Shown piece by piece: positions 17,452 to 28,040 of a DNA stretch of 64,000 nt. The DNA is taken from contig CBDETY010000003.1 of NCBI GenBank assembly GCA_965243025.1, forward strand, positions 5,824,001 to 5,888,000, written 5' to 3'. Below the pieces are notes generated by a model. The model was not told where the DNA came from, ran no database searches, and saw only the letters and a program-made list of their open reading frames with translations. Each line of letters opens with the position of its first letter. Positions within the stretch are counted from its first letter, which is position 1. A program made the position numbers and the translations under genes. The stretch is from Candidatus Latescibacterota bacterium. Its GTDB lineage: Bacteria; Latescibacterota; UBA2968; UBA8231.

Positions 17452-20400
17452 TCAGGCACGAACGATCGCGAAGACGACGGTCTCCCCGTCGATGTCGCTT
17501 TCCTGGCGCAGCAGGGCCGTTCCGGGAAGTTCGTCAAGCCGAATCTCGATTGCCAACGTCTCCGCGGCAATGTAGCCGCTGTGGTGCCGGGTGGCCGACA
17601 CGACCGCTTCGGAACCGGCGGTCCACAGGCGGATCCGGTCCGATACCTCGAGGCCGGCAGCCTTGCGCATGTTCTGCACCCGGTTCACCACTTCGCGCGC
17701 CGTCCCCTCGCGGACCAGCTCTTCGTCGAGATTGACGTCGAGGCCGACGCACAGGTTGCCGTCGACGGCGACCACGACCCCCTCTTTCTCGCTGCGGGTC
17801 AGCTGCACGTCGCCAGCGCCGATGCTACCGCCGGCGACGCGGAGGCGCTCGCCTGCTTCCAGGCGCGCCACCTCGGCGCGGGTCAGCTTCTCGATGAAGG
17901 CGGCCGCCTCCTTGACGCGCTTGCCGAAACGGGGTCCGAGAGCGCGGTAGTTTGCCTTGCAGGAGACCTCGCTGATCTCCGCCTCGTCCTCGACGAAAAC
18001 GACCTCCTTGACGTTGAGCTCGTCGGCGACGAGGTCGGCAAGGGCGGCGAGCATCTCCCCTCCGGTGTCGTCCGGGGGGAGCAGCAGCAGGCGGCCGAGG
18101 GGCTGGCGGATCCTGATCTCGTGCCTGCTGCGCAGGGAGCGCCCCAGGGCAACCGCCCGGGCGGCCAGCGCCATCTGCTCCTCGAGGCCGGAATCGCGCA
18201 TCTCCTCGTCAGCGGCGGGCATGTCGCACAGGTGCACGCTCACCGGAGCGTCGCGGTCCCATGAGCGCACCAGGTTCTGGTAGATCTTCTCGGTCGCGAA
18301 CGGCAGCACCGGCGCCAGGCTCTTCACGAAGGTTACCAGCACGCGGTAGAGGGTGGCGTACGCCGACGCCTTGTCGTCGTCGTCCTCCGATTTCCAGAAG
18401 CGGCGGCGGCTGCGGCGGATGTACCAGTTGGTGAGCTTCTCGACGAAGGCGACCATGGCCGGCACCGTCCGGTACAGGCGGTAGGCCTCCATCTCGGCGT
18501 TGATGTCGTGGACGAGTGTCTGCAGCTCCGAGAGGATCCAGCGGTCGAGCAGGTTCTCCGCCCCCGGGTCGCGCCCCCCGGCCGGGGACCAGCGGTCGAC
18601 CTCGGCGTAGGTGACGAAGAAGCTGTAGGCGTTCCACAGCGGAATGATGACGTCGCGCAGACTCTGCCTGATGCCGGTCTCGGTCAGGCGCATCTCCTCG
18701 GCTTTCAGGGCCGGAGAGTTCAGCAGGTACAGGCGCAGCGCGTCGGCCCCGTAGAGTTCGAGCATCTCCGTCGGCTCGGGGTAGTTCTTCAGCCGCTTGC
18801 TCATCTTGCGGCCGTCTTCGGCGAGCAGCATGCCGGTTACGATGCAGTTGCGGTACGCCGGCTTGTCGAACAGGGCCGCGGCGAGGATGGTCAGGGTGTA
18901 GAACCAACCGCGCGTCTGGTCGAGCGACTCGGTGATGAAGTCGGCGGGGAAGTTCTGCTCGAAGAACTCGCGGTTCTCGAACGGATAGTGGTTCTGCGCG
19001 TACGGCATCGACCCGGATTCGAACCAGCAGTCGAGCACCGCGGGGACTCTCTTCAGCACCCCGTTGCCCGACGGCGCCGGGATCTCGATGTGGTCGACGA
19101 ACTGCTTGTGCAGGTCGGTGACCGTCCGTCCGCTGAGCCGTTCGAGCTCATCGACGCTGCCGACGCAGACCGCTTCCCCGGTTTCGTCGTTGCGCCAGAC
19201 CGGCAGCGGCGTTCCCCAGTAGCGGTCGCGGCTGATGCACCAGTCGCGGGCCCCCTGCAGCCATTTTCCGAAGCGCCCGCCGCGGATGTGCTCCGGGATC
19301 CACCAGATCTGCTCGTTGGCGCGCAGCATCGCGTCCTTGACGCTCTCGACGCCGACGAACCAGCTCGAAATGGCGCGGTAGATCAGGGGGGACTCGCAGC
19401 GCCAGCAGAACGGGTAGGAATGCACCAGCGTGCTCTCGCTGAAAAGCTGCCCCCGGCGCCGCAGGGCGCGGATGATGTCGCTGTCGGCGTCCTTTACGAA
19501 GCGGCCGGCGTAGTCGCCGACGGCGCCCGTGAAGCGGCAGTCCTCGTCGATCGGGCAGACTGCGGGCAGTCCTTCCCGGAGGCCGAGCTGATAGTCGTCC
19601 TCGCCGAAACCGGGGGCGATGTGGACGACGCCGGTACCGTCGTCGGTCGACACGAAGTCCGCGGCGACGACGCGGAACGCGCCCTCGTTTCCGAGCCCGG
19701 CGAAACAGTCGAACAGCGGCTCGTAGCGGAGACCGAGCAGCGCCTCTGCAGGCTGCTCATCGACCGCGGCGATCTCGCTCTCGCGCTGGCTGAAGACCGC
19801 GTCGATGCGCTCGCGGGCGAGGATCAGCCGTTCGCCGCCGCGCAGCTGCACGCGGGCGTACTCGCAGTCGGTGGAGATCGCCAGGGCCATGTTGGCCGGA
19901 AGGGTCCAGGGCGTCGTGGTCCAGGCGAGGATCGAGGTGTTCTCCGCCCCCTTCACCCGGAAGCGGACCGTGATCGAAGGGTCCTGGGTGTCGCGGTACC
20001 CCTGGTTGACCTCGAAGTTCGACAACGCCGTGGCGCAGCGCGGACAGTAGGCGAGGGACTTGTAGCCCTCGTAGACGAGCCCGCTGTCCCAGAGGCGTTT
20101 GAATACCCACCAGACCGACTCCATGAACTCCGGGTCCATGGTGAGGTACTGGTTGTTCCAGTCGACCCAGCGCCCGACGCGGCGGACCAGCTGCTCCCAC
20201 TCCGCCGTGTAGCGCAGCACGAGGGAGCGGCAGTAGTCGTTGAAGCGCGGCACGCCGTACTCGAGGATGTCCTTGCGCGATTGAAGGCCGAGCTGAAGTT
20301 CCGCCTCGTTCTCCACCGGCAGGCCGTGACAGTCCCAGCCGAAGCGGCGCTCGACCCGGTAGCCGCGCATCGTCCAGTAGCGGGCAACCACGTCCTTGAC

Positions 20401-20625
20401 GATGGAAACCAGCAGGTGCCCGTAGTGGGGAAGGCCGCTGGCGAACGGCGGGCCGTCGTAGAAGACGAAGGGGTTGGACTCCGGTCTCGACTGCACCGAC
20501 CGCTCGTAGGCCGCTGTCTGTTCCCACAACTCCAGGGTTTCCCGCTCCTGGGCCGGGAAGTCGACCTGGGAGGGGACCGGATCGAAGATGGGGAACGGAC
20601 TCTGTTTGCGGGCGGTTTCCACCAT
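17452..20625 (-). CDS. ileS: Isoleucyl-tRNA synthetase (type 2)
   Basis: DGPPFASGLPHYGH, GWDCHGLPVE, WTTTPWTLP, KMSKR, WYIRRSRRRFW; C-terminus lacks the type-1 zinc finger. Confidence 0.97.
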   Translation of the reverse strand: MVETARKQSPFPIFDPVPSQVDFPAQERETLELWEQTAAYERSVQSRPESNPFVFYDGPPFASGLPHYGHLLVSIVKDVVARYWTMRGYRVERRFGWDCHGLPVENEAELQLGLQSRKDILEYGVPRFNDYCRSLVLRYTAEWEQLVRRVGRWVDWNNQYLTMDPEFMESVWWVFKRLWDSGLVYEGYKSLAYCPRCATALSNFEVNQGYRDTQDPSITVRFRVKGAENTSILAWTTTPWTLPANMALAISTDCEYARVQLRGGERLILARERIDAVFSQRESEIAAVDEQPAEALLGLRYEPLFDCFAGLGNEGAFRVVAADFVSTDDGTGVVHIAPGFGEDDYQLGLREGLPAVCPIDEDCRFTGAVGDYAGRFVKDADSDIIRALRRRGQLFSESTLVHSYPFCWRCESPLIYRAISSWFVGVESVKDAMLRANEQIWWIPEHIRGGRFGKWLQGARDWCISRDRYWGTPLPVWRNDETGEAVCVGSVDELERLSGRTVTDLHKQFVDHIEIPAPSGNGVLKRVPAVLDCWFESGSMPYAQNHYPFENREFFEQNFPADFITESLDQTRGWFYTLTILAAALFDKPAYRNCIVTGMLLAEDGRKMSKRLKNYPEPTEMLELYGADALRLYLLNSPALKAEEMRLTETGIRQSLRDVIIPLWNAYSFFVTYAEVDRWSPAGGRDPGAENLLDRWILSELQTLVHDINAEMEAYRLYRTVPAMVAFVEKLTNWYIRRSRRRFWKSEDDDDKASAYATLYRVLVTFVKSLAPVLPFATEKIYQNLVRSWDRDAPVSVHLCDMPAADEEMRDSGLEEQMALAARAVALGRSLRSRHEIRIRQPLGRLLLLPPDDTGGEMLAALADLVADELNVKEVVFVEDEAEISEVSCKANYRALGPRFGKRVKEAAAFIEKLTRAEVARLEAGERLRVAGGSIGAGDVQLTRSEKEGVVVAVDGNLCVGLDVNLDEELVREGTAREVVNRVQNMRKAAGLEVSDRIRLWTAGSEAVVSATRHHSGYIAAETLAIEIRLDELPGTALLRQESDIDGETVVFAIVRA

Positions 20626-20693
20626 GTCGGTTGCCGGGCTGTCGCCTGCGGTGATTTCTGCTGTTCAGAAGCGGGCTTTGCGGGAATCGGGCC

Positions 20694-20984
20694 TTACACC
20701 CGGATGCTGCGCAGAAACCAGATGACTAACTGCAGCAGCAGGATCAGGAACAGAGGGGTGAAGTCCAGTCCCGTCGACCACAGGACATTGGGCACGTAAC
20801 GGCGCATCCTGGCGAGCGCGGGCTCGGTTACGGCGCGCAGAAACCTGACGATCGGGTTGTAGGGGTCGGGGTTGATCCACGAGATCACCACGGCGACGAT
20901 CACCACCCACGTGTATACGGTAAGCAACGAGGTGATGATCCCGATGACCCCCATCAGGAAATAACTGTGATCGAACAATGGCAA
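20694..20984 (-). CDS. yggT: YggT family membrane protein
   Basis: ISWINPDPYNPIV.FL...TEP.L...R; LDFTP. Confidence 0.9.
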   Translation of the reverse strand: MPLFDHSYFLMGVIGIITSLLTVYTWVVIVAVVISWINPDPYNPIVRFLRAVTEPALARMRRYVPNVLWSTGLDFTPLFLILLLQLVIWFLRSIRV

Positions 20985-20987
20985 CTC

Positions 20988-21683
20988 CTATGGCGCTGCT
21001 CGCGGTCCGAATATCGCCGTTCCCACCCGCACCATCGTGGCACCCTCCTCGATGGCGATTTCGAAGTCGCCGCTCATTCCCATTGACAGGACGGAGGTCC
21101 CGACGCCTTCGATATCCGCCCTCGTCAAGTCTTCGGACAGGGAGCTCATGCGCGCGAAACAGGAGCGAAGGCGGGCTTCGTCCGAAGTGAACTCGGCGAT
21201 GGTCATCAACCCGAGTACCCGCAGATGCGACATCCCGGCGACCTGTTCCGCGAGGGCCAGGGTATCCTCGGGAGGAACACCCCCCTGCCCGGGTGCCCCC
21301 GAGCTGTTGACCTGAAGCAGCACGTCGAGCGAGCGCCCGGCTTGGACCGCACGCCGTTGCAGTGCGGCAGCCAGGCGCGTGCTGTCCACTGACTGCACGA
21401 CCTCGAACAGTTCCACCGCCCTGCCCGCCTTGTTCGACTGCAGGCGGCCGACCAGGTGCCAGGCAGCGGCAGATTGCACGCATCGCCGTTTCGATTGCGC
21501 CTCCTGGACCCGGTTCTCGCCGAGGTGGGTCACCCCGGCGGCAATCGCCGCCTCGATCTCCCCGGCAGTACGGGTCTTGCTTACGGCTACGAGCGTTATG
21601 TCGCTCCGCCGCCTTCCGGCGCGCTCCGCCGCCCCTGCGATTCGCTCCTCGACGGCCTGAAGATTGCGGGCGATCTCTTTCAC
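20988..21683 (-). CDS. yggS: PLP homeostasis protein YggS
   Basis: LVAVSKT, GENRVQE, WHLVGRLQSNK, LSMGMSGD...AIEEGATMVRVG; probable GTG start at 21683. Confidence 0.93.
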   Translation of the reverse strand: MKEIARNLQAVEERIAGAAERAGRRRSDITLVAVSKTRTAGEIEAAIAAGVTHLGENRVQEAQSKRRCVQSAAAWHLVGRLQSNKAGRAVELFEVVQSVDSTRLAAALQRRAVQAGRSLDVLLQVNSSGAPGQGGVPPEDTLALAEQVAGMSHLRVLGLMTIAEFTSDEARLRSCFARMSSLSEDLTRADIEGVGTSVLSMGMSGDFEIAIEEGATMVRVGTAIFGPRAAP

Positions 21684-21864
21684 GAAGGCCTGGTCTGGTC
21701 GGGAAAACCGCAACTCTCCAATGTACGGATGCCCCCCTCGGAGGCACAATTTGAGGGGCCTCGCCGGGAGGCGGCCGCGTCCCGCAAATGCCTGGTTTCA
21801 GCTGACTGAAACCTATTGTCCGTCAGACGGAGGCAAGCGCGGTCCGCGTTTGTTGAAAAGGGCG

Positions 21865-23217
21865 TCAGCGCGCGGGGGAGCCGGTGGATTCGGCAGCCTT
21901 GCCCAGGGGGGGCTCGGCGGGTTGTTCGGGCTCGAAGAGGGCATGGTCCCGGGAGGGCAGGAACCGCCGCGCGAGCGCCGAAAGGAGGACGGCGTAAAGG
22001 AGCAGGTTGGCAATGGCGAACTGGCGAACCAGCTCGGAGAGGGGGTGCGCAAACAATGAAGCCACGCCCTCGGGCCTGCAGGCGATCTCGTACAGCAGCG
22101 CCCCCGCGGGCAGGAGCAGCAGGCCGTGGCGGCGGGAAAACCCGGCGCCGGCCATGGGAAGCGGATGCCAGGCGAGGGGGGCGGGCAGGCGCGCCGCGAC
22201 GACCGCGAAAAGCTGAAGGAGCAGCAGTTCGTACAGACCCGGAACCGGGGAGGTCGCCAGCCGTAGGGGGTCGAGGGAGGCTCCGGCGATGGCGAAGAAG
22301 ACCAGGCCTGCGGGTGCGCGGCCCGGCTCGAGCATCTGCCGCAGGCCGGTCCGGTCCAGGGAAGCGAGCACGACCCCGGCGCCCAGTCCGGCGATCAGTG
22401 CGAACAGGTGGGTGTCGCGGACGAGAATCCCCAGCAGCAGGAATCCCGCGCCAAGGGCGACAACCGATGCCGTGCGCGTGCCCGGGAGCCGGAGCCGCCA
22501 CAGCATCACGGCCAGGAGGGAGCCGGCTGCGGCCGAGGACCACAGGCGCAGCAGGACCGACCCGGGGGCGCCGTCAAAAGAATCCCTTTGCGCTGCGAAG
22601 AGCAGGGCCGCACTCAGAAGAACCAGGGCGAACGCCGAGCCGAGGGCGGCGGCCAGCACCGGCTCGTTTCTGCGCATCAGCGTCGATGCGACGATCGGTC
22701 CCCACAGGGCGGCCAGGGCGCCGAGGGCGAGGGCGGATTCGGTGGAGAGCCCTGCCAGCAGGATCGCGCCGCCCCCGAAAACCGCGGCCGTTCCCAGAGT
22801 CGACAGGAAGATCGCCAGGGGAAGGGGCGGTCTGCGCCGTTCCCAGCGAAGGTCGAGGCCGAGGCCGGCAAGGCAACCCAGCCACAACGCCGCAAGGGTG
22901 TAGGCGAGTTCGACGCTGCCGGAGGCAGCGGGAAGCACCGCCCGCATTCCTCCCTCTCCGAGGATCAGCCCGGCCGCCATCCAGCCGACGACGTCGGGGA
23001 GGCAGATGCTGCGGGCGACCTGTTGGGCGACGAAGGCGAAGGCCAGGAGCAGCCCGAGGGACCATGCGGCGTCGATATCCGGCCGCGGCTCGGGAGTCAC
23101 CAGCGCCATGAAGAGCAGCAGGCAGCACACCGCCCAGCGGGCGTTCAGGGGGAATTGCGCCGGGATTCCCAGGGAGGATCTCGCCCTGCGAAGCCCTCCG
23201 GTTCCCAACCTTTTCAT
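21865..23217 (-). CDS. Multi-pass membrane protein, cation:proton antiporter (CPA)-like
   Basis: About 11-12 hydrophobic segments; LP.VVGW..AGLILG and VFFAIAGASL motifs resemble Na+/H+ exchangers. Confidence 0.55.
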   Translation of the reverse strand: MKRLGTGGLRRARSSLGIPAQFPLNARWAVCCLLLFMALVTPEPRPDIDAAWSLGLLLAFAFVAQQVARSICLPDVVGWMAAGLILGEGGMRAVLPAASGSVELAYTLAALWLGCLAGLGLDLRWERRRPPLPLAIFLSTLGTAAVFGGGAILLAGLSTESALALGALAALWGPIVASTLMRRNEPVLAAALGSAFALVLLSAALLFAAQRDSFDGAPGSVLLRLWSSAAAGSLLAVMLWRLRLPGTRTASVVALGAGFLLLGILVRDTHLFALIAGLGAGVVLASLDRTGLRQMLEPGRAPAGLVFFAIAGASLDPLRLATSPVPGLYELLLLQLFAVVAARLPAPLAWHPLPMAGAGFSRRHGLLLLPAGALLYEIACRPEGVASLFAHPLSELVRQFAIANLLLYAVLLSALARRFLPSRDHALFEPEQPAEPPLGKAAESTGSPAR

Positions 23218-23342
23218 CGGCGGGCCCTCCTCAGTTCAGCGCGGAGGGGACGCCGCTCAAGGTATTCTGACGGCGTCTCCATGGGGATCCCGGAAGCCGG
23301 GGTGCCGCATTTCCCAACTCCCCGGCGTGGGCCTGTCGGGGC

Positions 23343-26003
23343 CTACCTGCCGCTTCCGCCCCCGCGCTGCTGCCGCCGGGAGCGCTCCTGCCTCCGTTGC
23401 GAGCGCTCGTGACCGGCCAGCAGCACCGGGCTGGCGACGAACACGGAGGAGTAGGTCCCCACGAGGATACCGACGGCGAGGGTCAGGGTGAAGTCGCGAA
23501 TCACCTCGCCGCCCCAGACCATCAGGACGGTGACGGCGATCAGGGTTGTCAACGACGTAATCACGGTGCGGCTCAGGCACTCGTTGATGCTGATGTTGAG
23601 TGTGTCTCCGAACTCCGCCCGCATGCCGCCGCGCAGGTTTTCGCGGATGCGGTCGAAGACGACGATGGTGTCGTTGAGGGAATAGCCGACGATGGCGAGG
23701 ATCGCCGCGACCACCGCGAGAGTGATCTCGATGTCGAGAATCGAGAGCAGGCCGAGGGTGATGAGCACGTCGTGGGCGAGGGCGGCGACCGCGGCGATGC
23801 CGAACAGGAACTGTTTGAACCGCCAGGCCATGTAGACGAGGATCAGCGCCAGCGACACGATCACGGCGCGAACCGCCGCCCCGGTCAGCTCCTCGCCGAT
23901 CTTGGGACCGACCTTCTCCTGCCGCCGTACCCAGTCGGTCTCGGCGATGCTGCCTCCCAGCCCCGCCCTCAACACCTGCTTGATGCCGTCGGCTACGTCG
24001 GTGCCCGCCTCCGATTCGGTGACGCGGATCAGGATGTGCTCCGGCGCCCCGAACTGCTTGATCTCGCTCGAGCTGTAGTCGCGCGTCCCCTCTCCCAAGG
24101 GAACCGCCCCGAGATTGGAGCGGATCTCCTCGACCGTTACCGCGGGCTCGAAATGCAGCTCGAGCAGGGTGCCCCCGGCGAAGTCGATACCGGGGGTCAG
24201 CTTGTTTACCGCCGCCACCGAGACCAGCCCGACGGTCAGGACGGCGGCCGAAACGAGCATGGCGACCTTGCGGAAATTGATGAAGGGAATGCTGAGGTTC
24301 GACAGCACTCCGACCGGGCCGATGCTCAACGACTCGACCCGCTCCCTGGCGGTGTACAGCTCGAAAAGGCTGCGGGTGACGATGAGGGCCGTGAACAGGC
24401 TCGAGGCGATCCCGATGCACAGGGTGAGGGCGAAGCCGCGAATGGGGCCGGTGCCGAACTCGTAGAGGACGATGCCGACGATGAAGGTGGTGAGGTTGGC
24501 GTCGATGATGGCGGAGAGCGCGTTGCCGTAGCCGCTGTCGATCGCCGAGCGCACCGTCTTTCCCGAGCGCAGCTCCTCGCGGATGCGCTCGAAGATCAGC
24601 ACGTTGGCGTCGACCGCCATGCCGATGGTAAGGATGATACCGGCGATTCCCGGCAGGGTCAGGGTGGCATCGAAACCGGCGAGAACGGAAAACACGAAGA
24701 GGATGTTCAGGGCCAGGGCGACGTTGGCGACGAGGCCGGCGAAGCGGTAGTAGAGGAGCATGAAAACGGCGACGATGGTCATGCTGATCACCGCGGCCAC
24801 CCGCCCCTGCTCTATCGAGTCCTTACCGAGGGAGGGGCCGACGGTGCGGTCCTCGATCACCTCGACCTTGGCGGGCAGGGCCCCGGCGCGCAGCACGATG
24901 GCAAGGTCCTTCGCCTCCTCCTCGTTGCTGAGACCCGTGATTTCGGCGCGCCCGTTCTGGATCTTCGTCACCAGCTCCGGGGCCATGTACACGGCGCCGT
25001 CGAGAACGATGGCGAGGCGCTCGCCGATGTGGGCGCCGGTGATCTGACGGAAGAGGCGGACCCCTTCGTCCGTGGTCCACAAGGCGACGACAGGCTGCCC
25101 CAGCTGCTCGATCGCCTGACTGATCTGGACCTGGGCGTCGCCGATCATGTTGCCGGTCATCTCCGGTTTCTTGCGCACCAGAAACAGCTTCTGGAACAGC
25201 TGTCCCGGGACCCCCTCGGCCTTGCTGCTGAACAGGAACTCGACGTCCTCGGGAATGACGGCCCGGGCGCGGGGGTCTCCGAGGTGGGCCTTGACAGCGG
25301 GGATGTCCTCCACCCGGATGACGACGTCGTCGCGAAGGCCCTGCAGGAGCGACGACAGCTCGCGGTAACCGGGGTCTTCCTTCTCAGGCTCCTCGAACAG
25401 ACCGGCATCCTCGGTCTCGGTGTCGAACAGGCTGACCGGTTCCTCCCCGGCGGAATCCGCAAGGGCGGCCTCTTCCAGTTCCTGGTCGGCGTCCCCGGAC
25501 GAGGCCACGGTGTCTCCGGCGCCGGCGGCGAGCAGGCCGCTTATGCGCTGCAGCAGGCGGTTGCGGTCCTCGATCGGCTCGACGAGCTGGAACTCGAGAA
25601 GGGCGGTCTGTCCGATCAGGTTCTTGGCGCGTTCGACGTCCTGCAGCCCGGGGAGCTCGACGATGATGCGGTTGACTCCCTGGCGCTGAATGGTGGGTTC
25701 GGCGACACCGAACTGATCGACGCGGTTGCGGATGACTTCCTGCGCCCGCGCCACGGCGTCCTGCGCCTGCTCGTCAGTCATGCCCTCGATATCCACTTCC
25801 ATCACGAGGTGAATGCCACCCTGCAGGTCGAGTCCGAGTGTAATCGCGCGACCGTGGAGGTCGAAGTACTCGGCGGGGGAATTGAGCTTCATCTTCTCGC
25901 GGTCCGCGCTCGACATCCCGTACAAGTCGAGCGACGGGTACAGGTAGAAAGCGGCGACGGCTATCAACGCCAGGGTCAGGAGAGCTTTCCAGTTCTTTCT
26001 CAT
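23343..26003 (-). CDS. secDF: Fused protein translocase subunit SecDF
   Basis: LGLDLQGG, RVDQFGVAEP, GMAVDANVLIFERIREE, GIDFAGG, GYSLNDTIVVFDRIRE. Confidence 0.96.
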   Translation of the reverse strand: MRKNWKALLTLALIAVAAFYLYPSLDLYGMSSADREKMKLNSPAEYFDLHGRAITLGLDLQGGIHLVMEVDIEGMTDEQAQDAVARAQEVIRNRVDQFGVAEPTIQRQGVNRIIVELPGLQDVERAKNLIGQTALLEFQLVEPIEDRNRLLQRISGLLAAGAGDTVASSGDADQELEEAALADSAGEEPVSLFDTETEDAGLFEEPEKEDPGYRELSSLLQGLRDDVVIRVEDIPAVKAHLGDPRARAVIPEDVEFLFSSKAEGVPGQLFQKLFLVRKKPEMTGNMIGDAQVQISQAIEQLGQPVVALWTTDEGVRLFRQITGAHIGERLAIVLDGAVYMAPELVTKIQNGRAEITGLSNEEEAKDLAIVLRAGALPAKVEVIEDRTVGPSLGKDSIEQGRVAAVISMTIVAVFMLLYYRFAGLVANVALALNILFVFSVLAGFDATLTLPGIAGIILTIGMAVDANVLIFERIREELRSGKTVRSAIDSGYGNALSAIIDANLTTFIVGIVLYEFGTGPIRGFALTLCIGIASSLFTALIVTRSLFELYTARERVESLSIGPVGVLSNLSIPFINFRKVAMLVSAAVLTVGLVSVAAVNKLTPGIDFAGGTLLELHFEPAVTVEEIRSNLGAVPLGEGTRDYSSSEIKQFGAPEHILIRVTESEAGTDVADGIKQVLRAGLGGSIAETDWVRRQEKVGPKIGEELTGAAVRAVIVSLALILVYMAWRFKQFLFGIAAVAALAHDVLITLGLLSILDIEITLAVVAAILAIVGYSLNDTIVVFDRIRENLRGGMRAEFGDTLNISINECLSRTVITSLTTLIAVTVLMVWGGEVIRDFTLTLAVGILVGTYSSVFVASPVLLAGHERSQRRQERSRRQQRGGGSGR

Positions 26004-26046
26004 CTTCTCACGTATCCATCGTTTCTTGTCCGCGGGATTCTTCCGG

Positions 26047-27075
26047 CTATTCCAGAGGATTCCGCGGGACTGTCATTTCCTTCAGCCGGCCGTCGAGGCC
26101 GGACGAAGCCCGGTGTCGGACGGCGCCGTCCTCGAGGAAGAAAACCACCGCCTCGGCCCGCGGGAGCGTCTCGACGAACCCGATGCCCTCGCCGGGTCCC
26201 ATTACGAAGGCGGCGGTCGCCAGGATATCGGCGTCGAGCGCGGTTTCCGTCCAAACGGAGGCGCTGATCGCCCTCGCGGCGGGGTATCCCGTGGCCGGGT
26301 CGAGCAGGTGGTGGTAGCGTCTCCCCTCGAACTCGAAAGCCTGCTCGTAATCTCCGGAAGTCGCCAGGGCCGGAAGTCCCACCTTCTCCGCTACCAGGTA
26401 GCGCTCGCGTTCCCTGGGATGCAGCAGGCCCAACCGCCAGTCGCTGCCGTCCGGCTTCTCTCCCCAGTAGCGGATGTCGCCGCCGGCCTCGACGAGACCC
26501 GCCTCGACGCCGGCATCCCGCAGCGCCTCGACGGCGCGGTCGACGGCGTATCCCTTGGCCGACCCGCCGAGATCGACCCGCATCCCCGGCGCCGACAGGA
26601 CGGTCCCGGCGGGGCCGGCCTGCACCAGGCGGAAGTCGACCAGGGCGCGGGCCGAGTCGACGAGAGCCGAATCGGGCGGTGCCACCGCCTCGGGAAAGTT
26701 CCACAGGGCCGTCAGGGGGCCGACGGTCGGGTCGTATGCCCCGCCGGTCCGGCGCGACCAGTGGAGGCACCGCTCCAACACGAACCCGAGTTCGGGCACC
26801 CCGCCGCCGGCACCGAGACTGCCGGCGCTGTTGAGGCGGCCGACGCCGCTTTCCGCCCGGTGGTTGCTCAGCGACGAATCGATGGCGTCGATCTGTTCGG
26901 CGGCCAGGGCAAAAAGTTCATCCGCTTCCTCCTCCCCGGCGTACAGCGCGATCCGCACGACCGTGCCCATGGCGACGTGGTGCTTTTCCACGGGAGACGC
27001 GACTTGGGCGGGGGGCAGCAGAAGAAACAGGAGAAGAAGCCCCGCGCCGCCCAGAAAGATGCGCGTCCATATCAA
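26047..27075 (-). CDS. apbE: FAD:protein FMN transferase ApbE
   Basis: AMGT, DPTVGPL..LW, DLGGSAKGYAVD, GGD, ATSGDY, HLLDP.TG, AD.LATA; TTGA overlap with the upstream stop. Confidence 0.92.
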   Translation of the reverse strand: MIWTRIFLGGAGLLLLFLLLPPAQVASPVEKHHVAMGTVVRIALYAGEEEADELFALAAEQIDAIDSSLSNHRAESGVGRLNSAGSLGAGGGVPELGFVLERCLHWSRRTGGAYDPTVGPLTALWNFPEAVAPPDSALVDSARALVDFRLVQAGPAGTVLSAPGMRVDLGGSAKGYAVDRAVEALRDAGVEAGLVEAGGDIRYWGEKPDGSDWRLGLLHPRERERYLVAEKVGLPALATSGDYEQAFEFEGRRYHHLLDPATGYPAARAISASVWTETALDADILATAAFVMGPGEGIGFVETLPRAEAVVFFLEDGAVRHRASSGLDGRLKEMTVPRNPLE

Positions 27076-28040
27076 TTTTTGCGTTCGACCACGAGGCGCG
27101 CCGCCGTTTCGAGGATGGCCAGGGGCACCGAGGGCTCCAGACCCTTCAGGCACTCCCGGGCCATGCCGGCGTAACGTCGGGCCTCCTCGGCCGCCGAGCC
27201 GATCCCGCCCTGTGTCTCGACGAAGTTCACGACCTCCTCCCAGTCGGATTCCGCCTGATCCTCGCGCCGGAGAATCGCCTCGATCCGCTGGCGCTCGCCG
27301 TCGCGTGCGGAGGCGAGGGCGCGAATCAGCGGCAGGGTGATCTTGCCCTCCCGCAAATCGGAGCCGACCGGCTTGCCCATGGTGTCTGCGTCTCCGGTGA
27401 AATCGAGCATGTCGTCGGCGATCTGGAAGGCGAGCCCGAGGTACTCGCCGTATTTGCCCAGGGCTTCCGCCGTCCCTTCAGGCGCCCCGGCGATCAGGGG
27501 ACCGATCCTGCAGGAGGCCGAGATCAGCGAGGCGGTCTTGTCCCCCACCATGGCGAAGTAGGAGGACTCCCTCGTATCGCGCTGCAACGAGATCTGGGAC
27601 TCGTGGATCTCTCCCTGAATGAGGCGTTCGGTGGCCCCTGAAACCGCGGCCAGGGCATCCCGGTTGCCGAGGCCGACGAGCAGGGAGAGTGCGCGGGCGA
27701 ACAGAAAGTCCCCGAACATCACCGCGGTGTGGTCGTTCCACTTGGAGTTTACCGACGGCTTGCCCCGCCGCGTTTCGGCGCGGTCGACCACGTCGTCGTG
27801 GATCATGGTGGCGGCGTGGATCATCTCGACGGCGACTCCGGCGTCGATGACGCGATCGTCCCACGAACCGGCCGCCTTGGTACAGACCACCGCCAGGGCC
27901 GGCCGCAGTCTCTTCCCCTTGAGGGCGGCCATGTAGCGGGCCACCTGGTGCACCATTTCGACGTCGGACCGCAACATTTCGTCGAGGCGGCGCTCGAAGA
28001 GGTCGATCTCTTTCTGAATGGGGCCGAGGAGCTGGTCCAT
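27072..28040 (-). CDS. Polyprenyl diphosphate synthase (IspB/HepT-like)
   Basis: GKRLRP, FARM IHDDVVD...RRG, KTA, SARM FQIADDMLD, DLREGK.TLP. Confidence 0.92.
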   Translation of the reverse strand: MDQLLGPIQKEIDLFERRLDEMLRSDVEMVHQVARYMAALKGKRLRPALAVVCTKAAGSWDDRVIDAGVAVEMIHAATMIHDDVVDRAETRRGKPSVNSKWNDHTAVMFGDFLFARALSLLVGLGNRDALAAVSGATERLIQGEIHESQISLQRDTRESSYFAMVGDKTASLISASCRIGPLIAGAPEGTAEALGKYGEYLGLAFQIADDMLDFTGDADTMGKPVGSDLREGKITLPLIRALASARDGERQRIEAILRREDQAESDWEEVVNFVETQGGIGSAAEEARRYAGMARECLKGLEPSVPLAILETAARLVVERKN

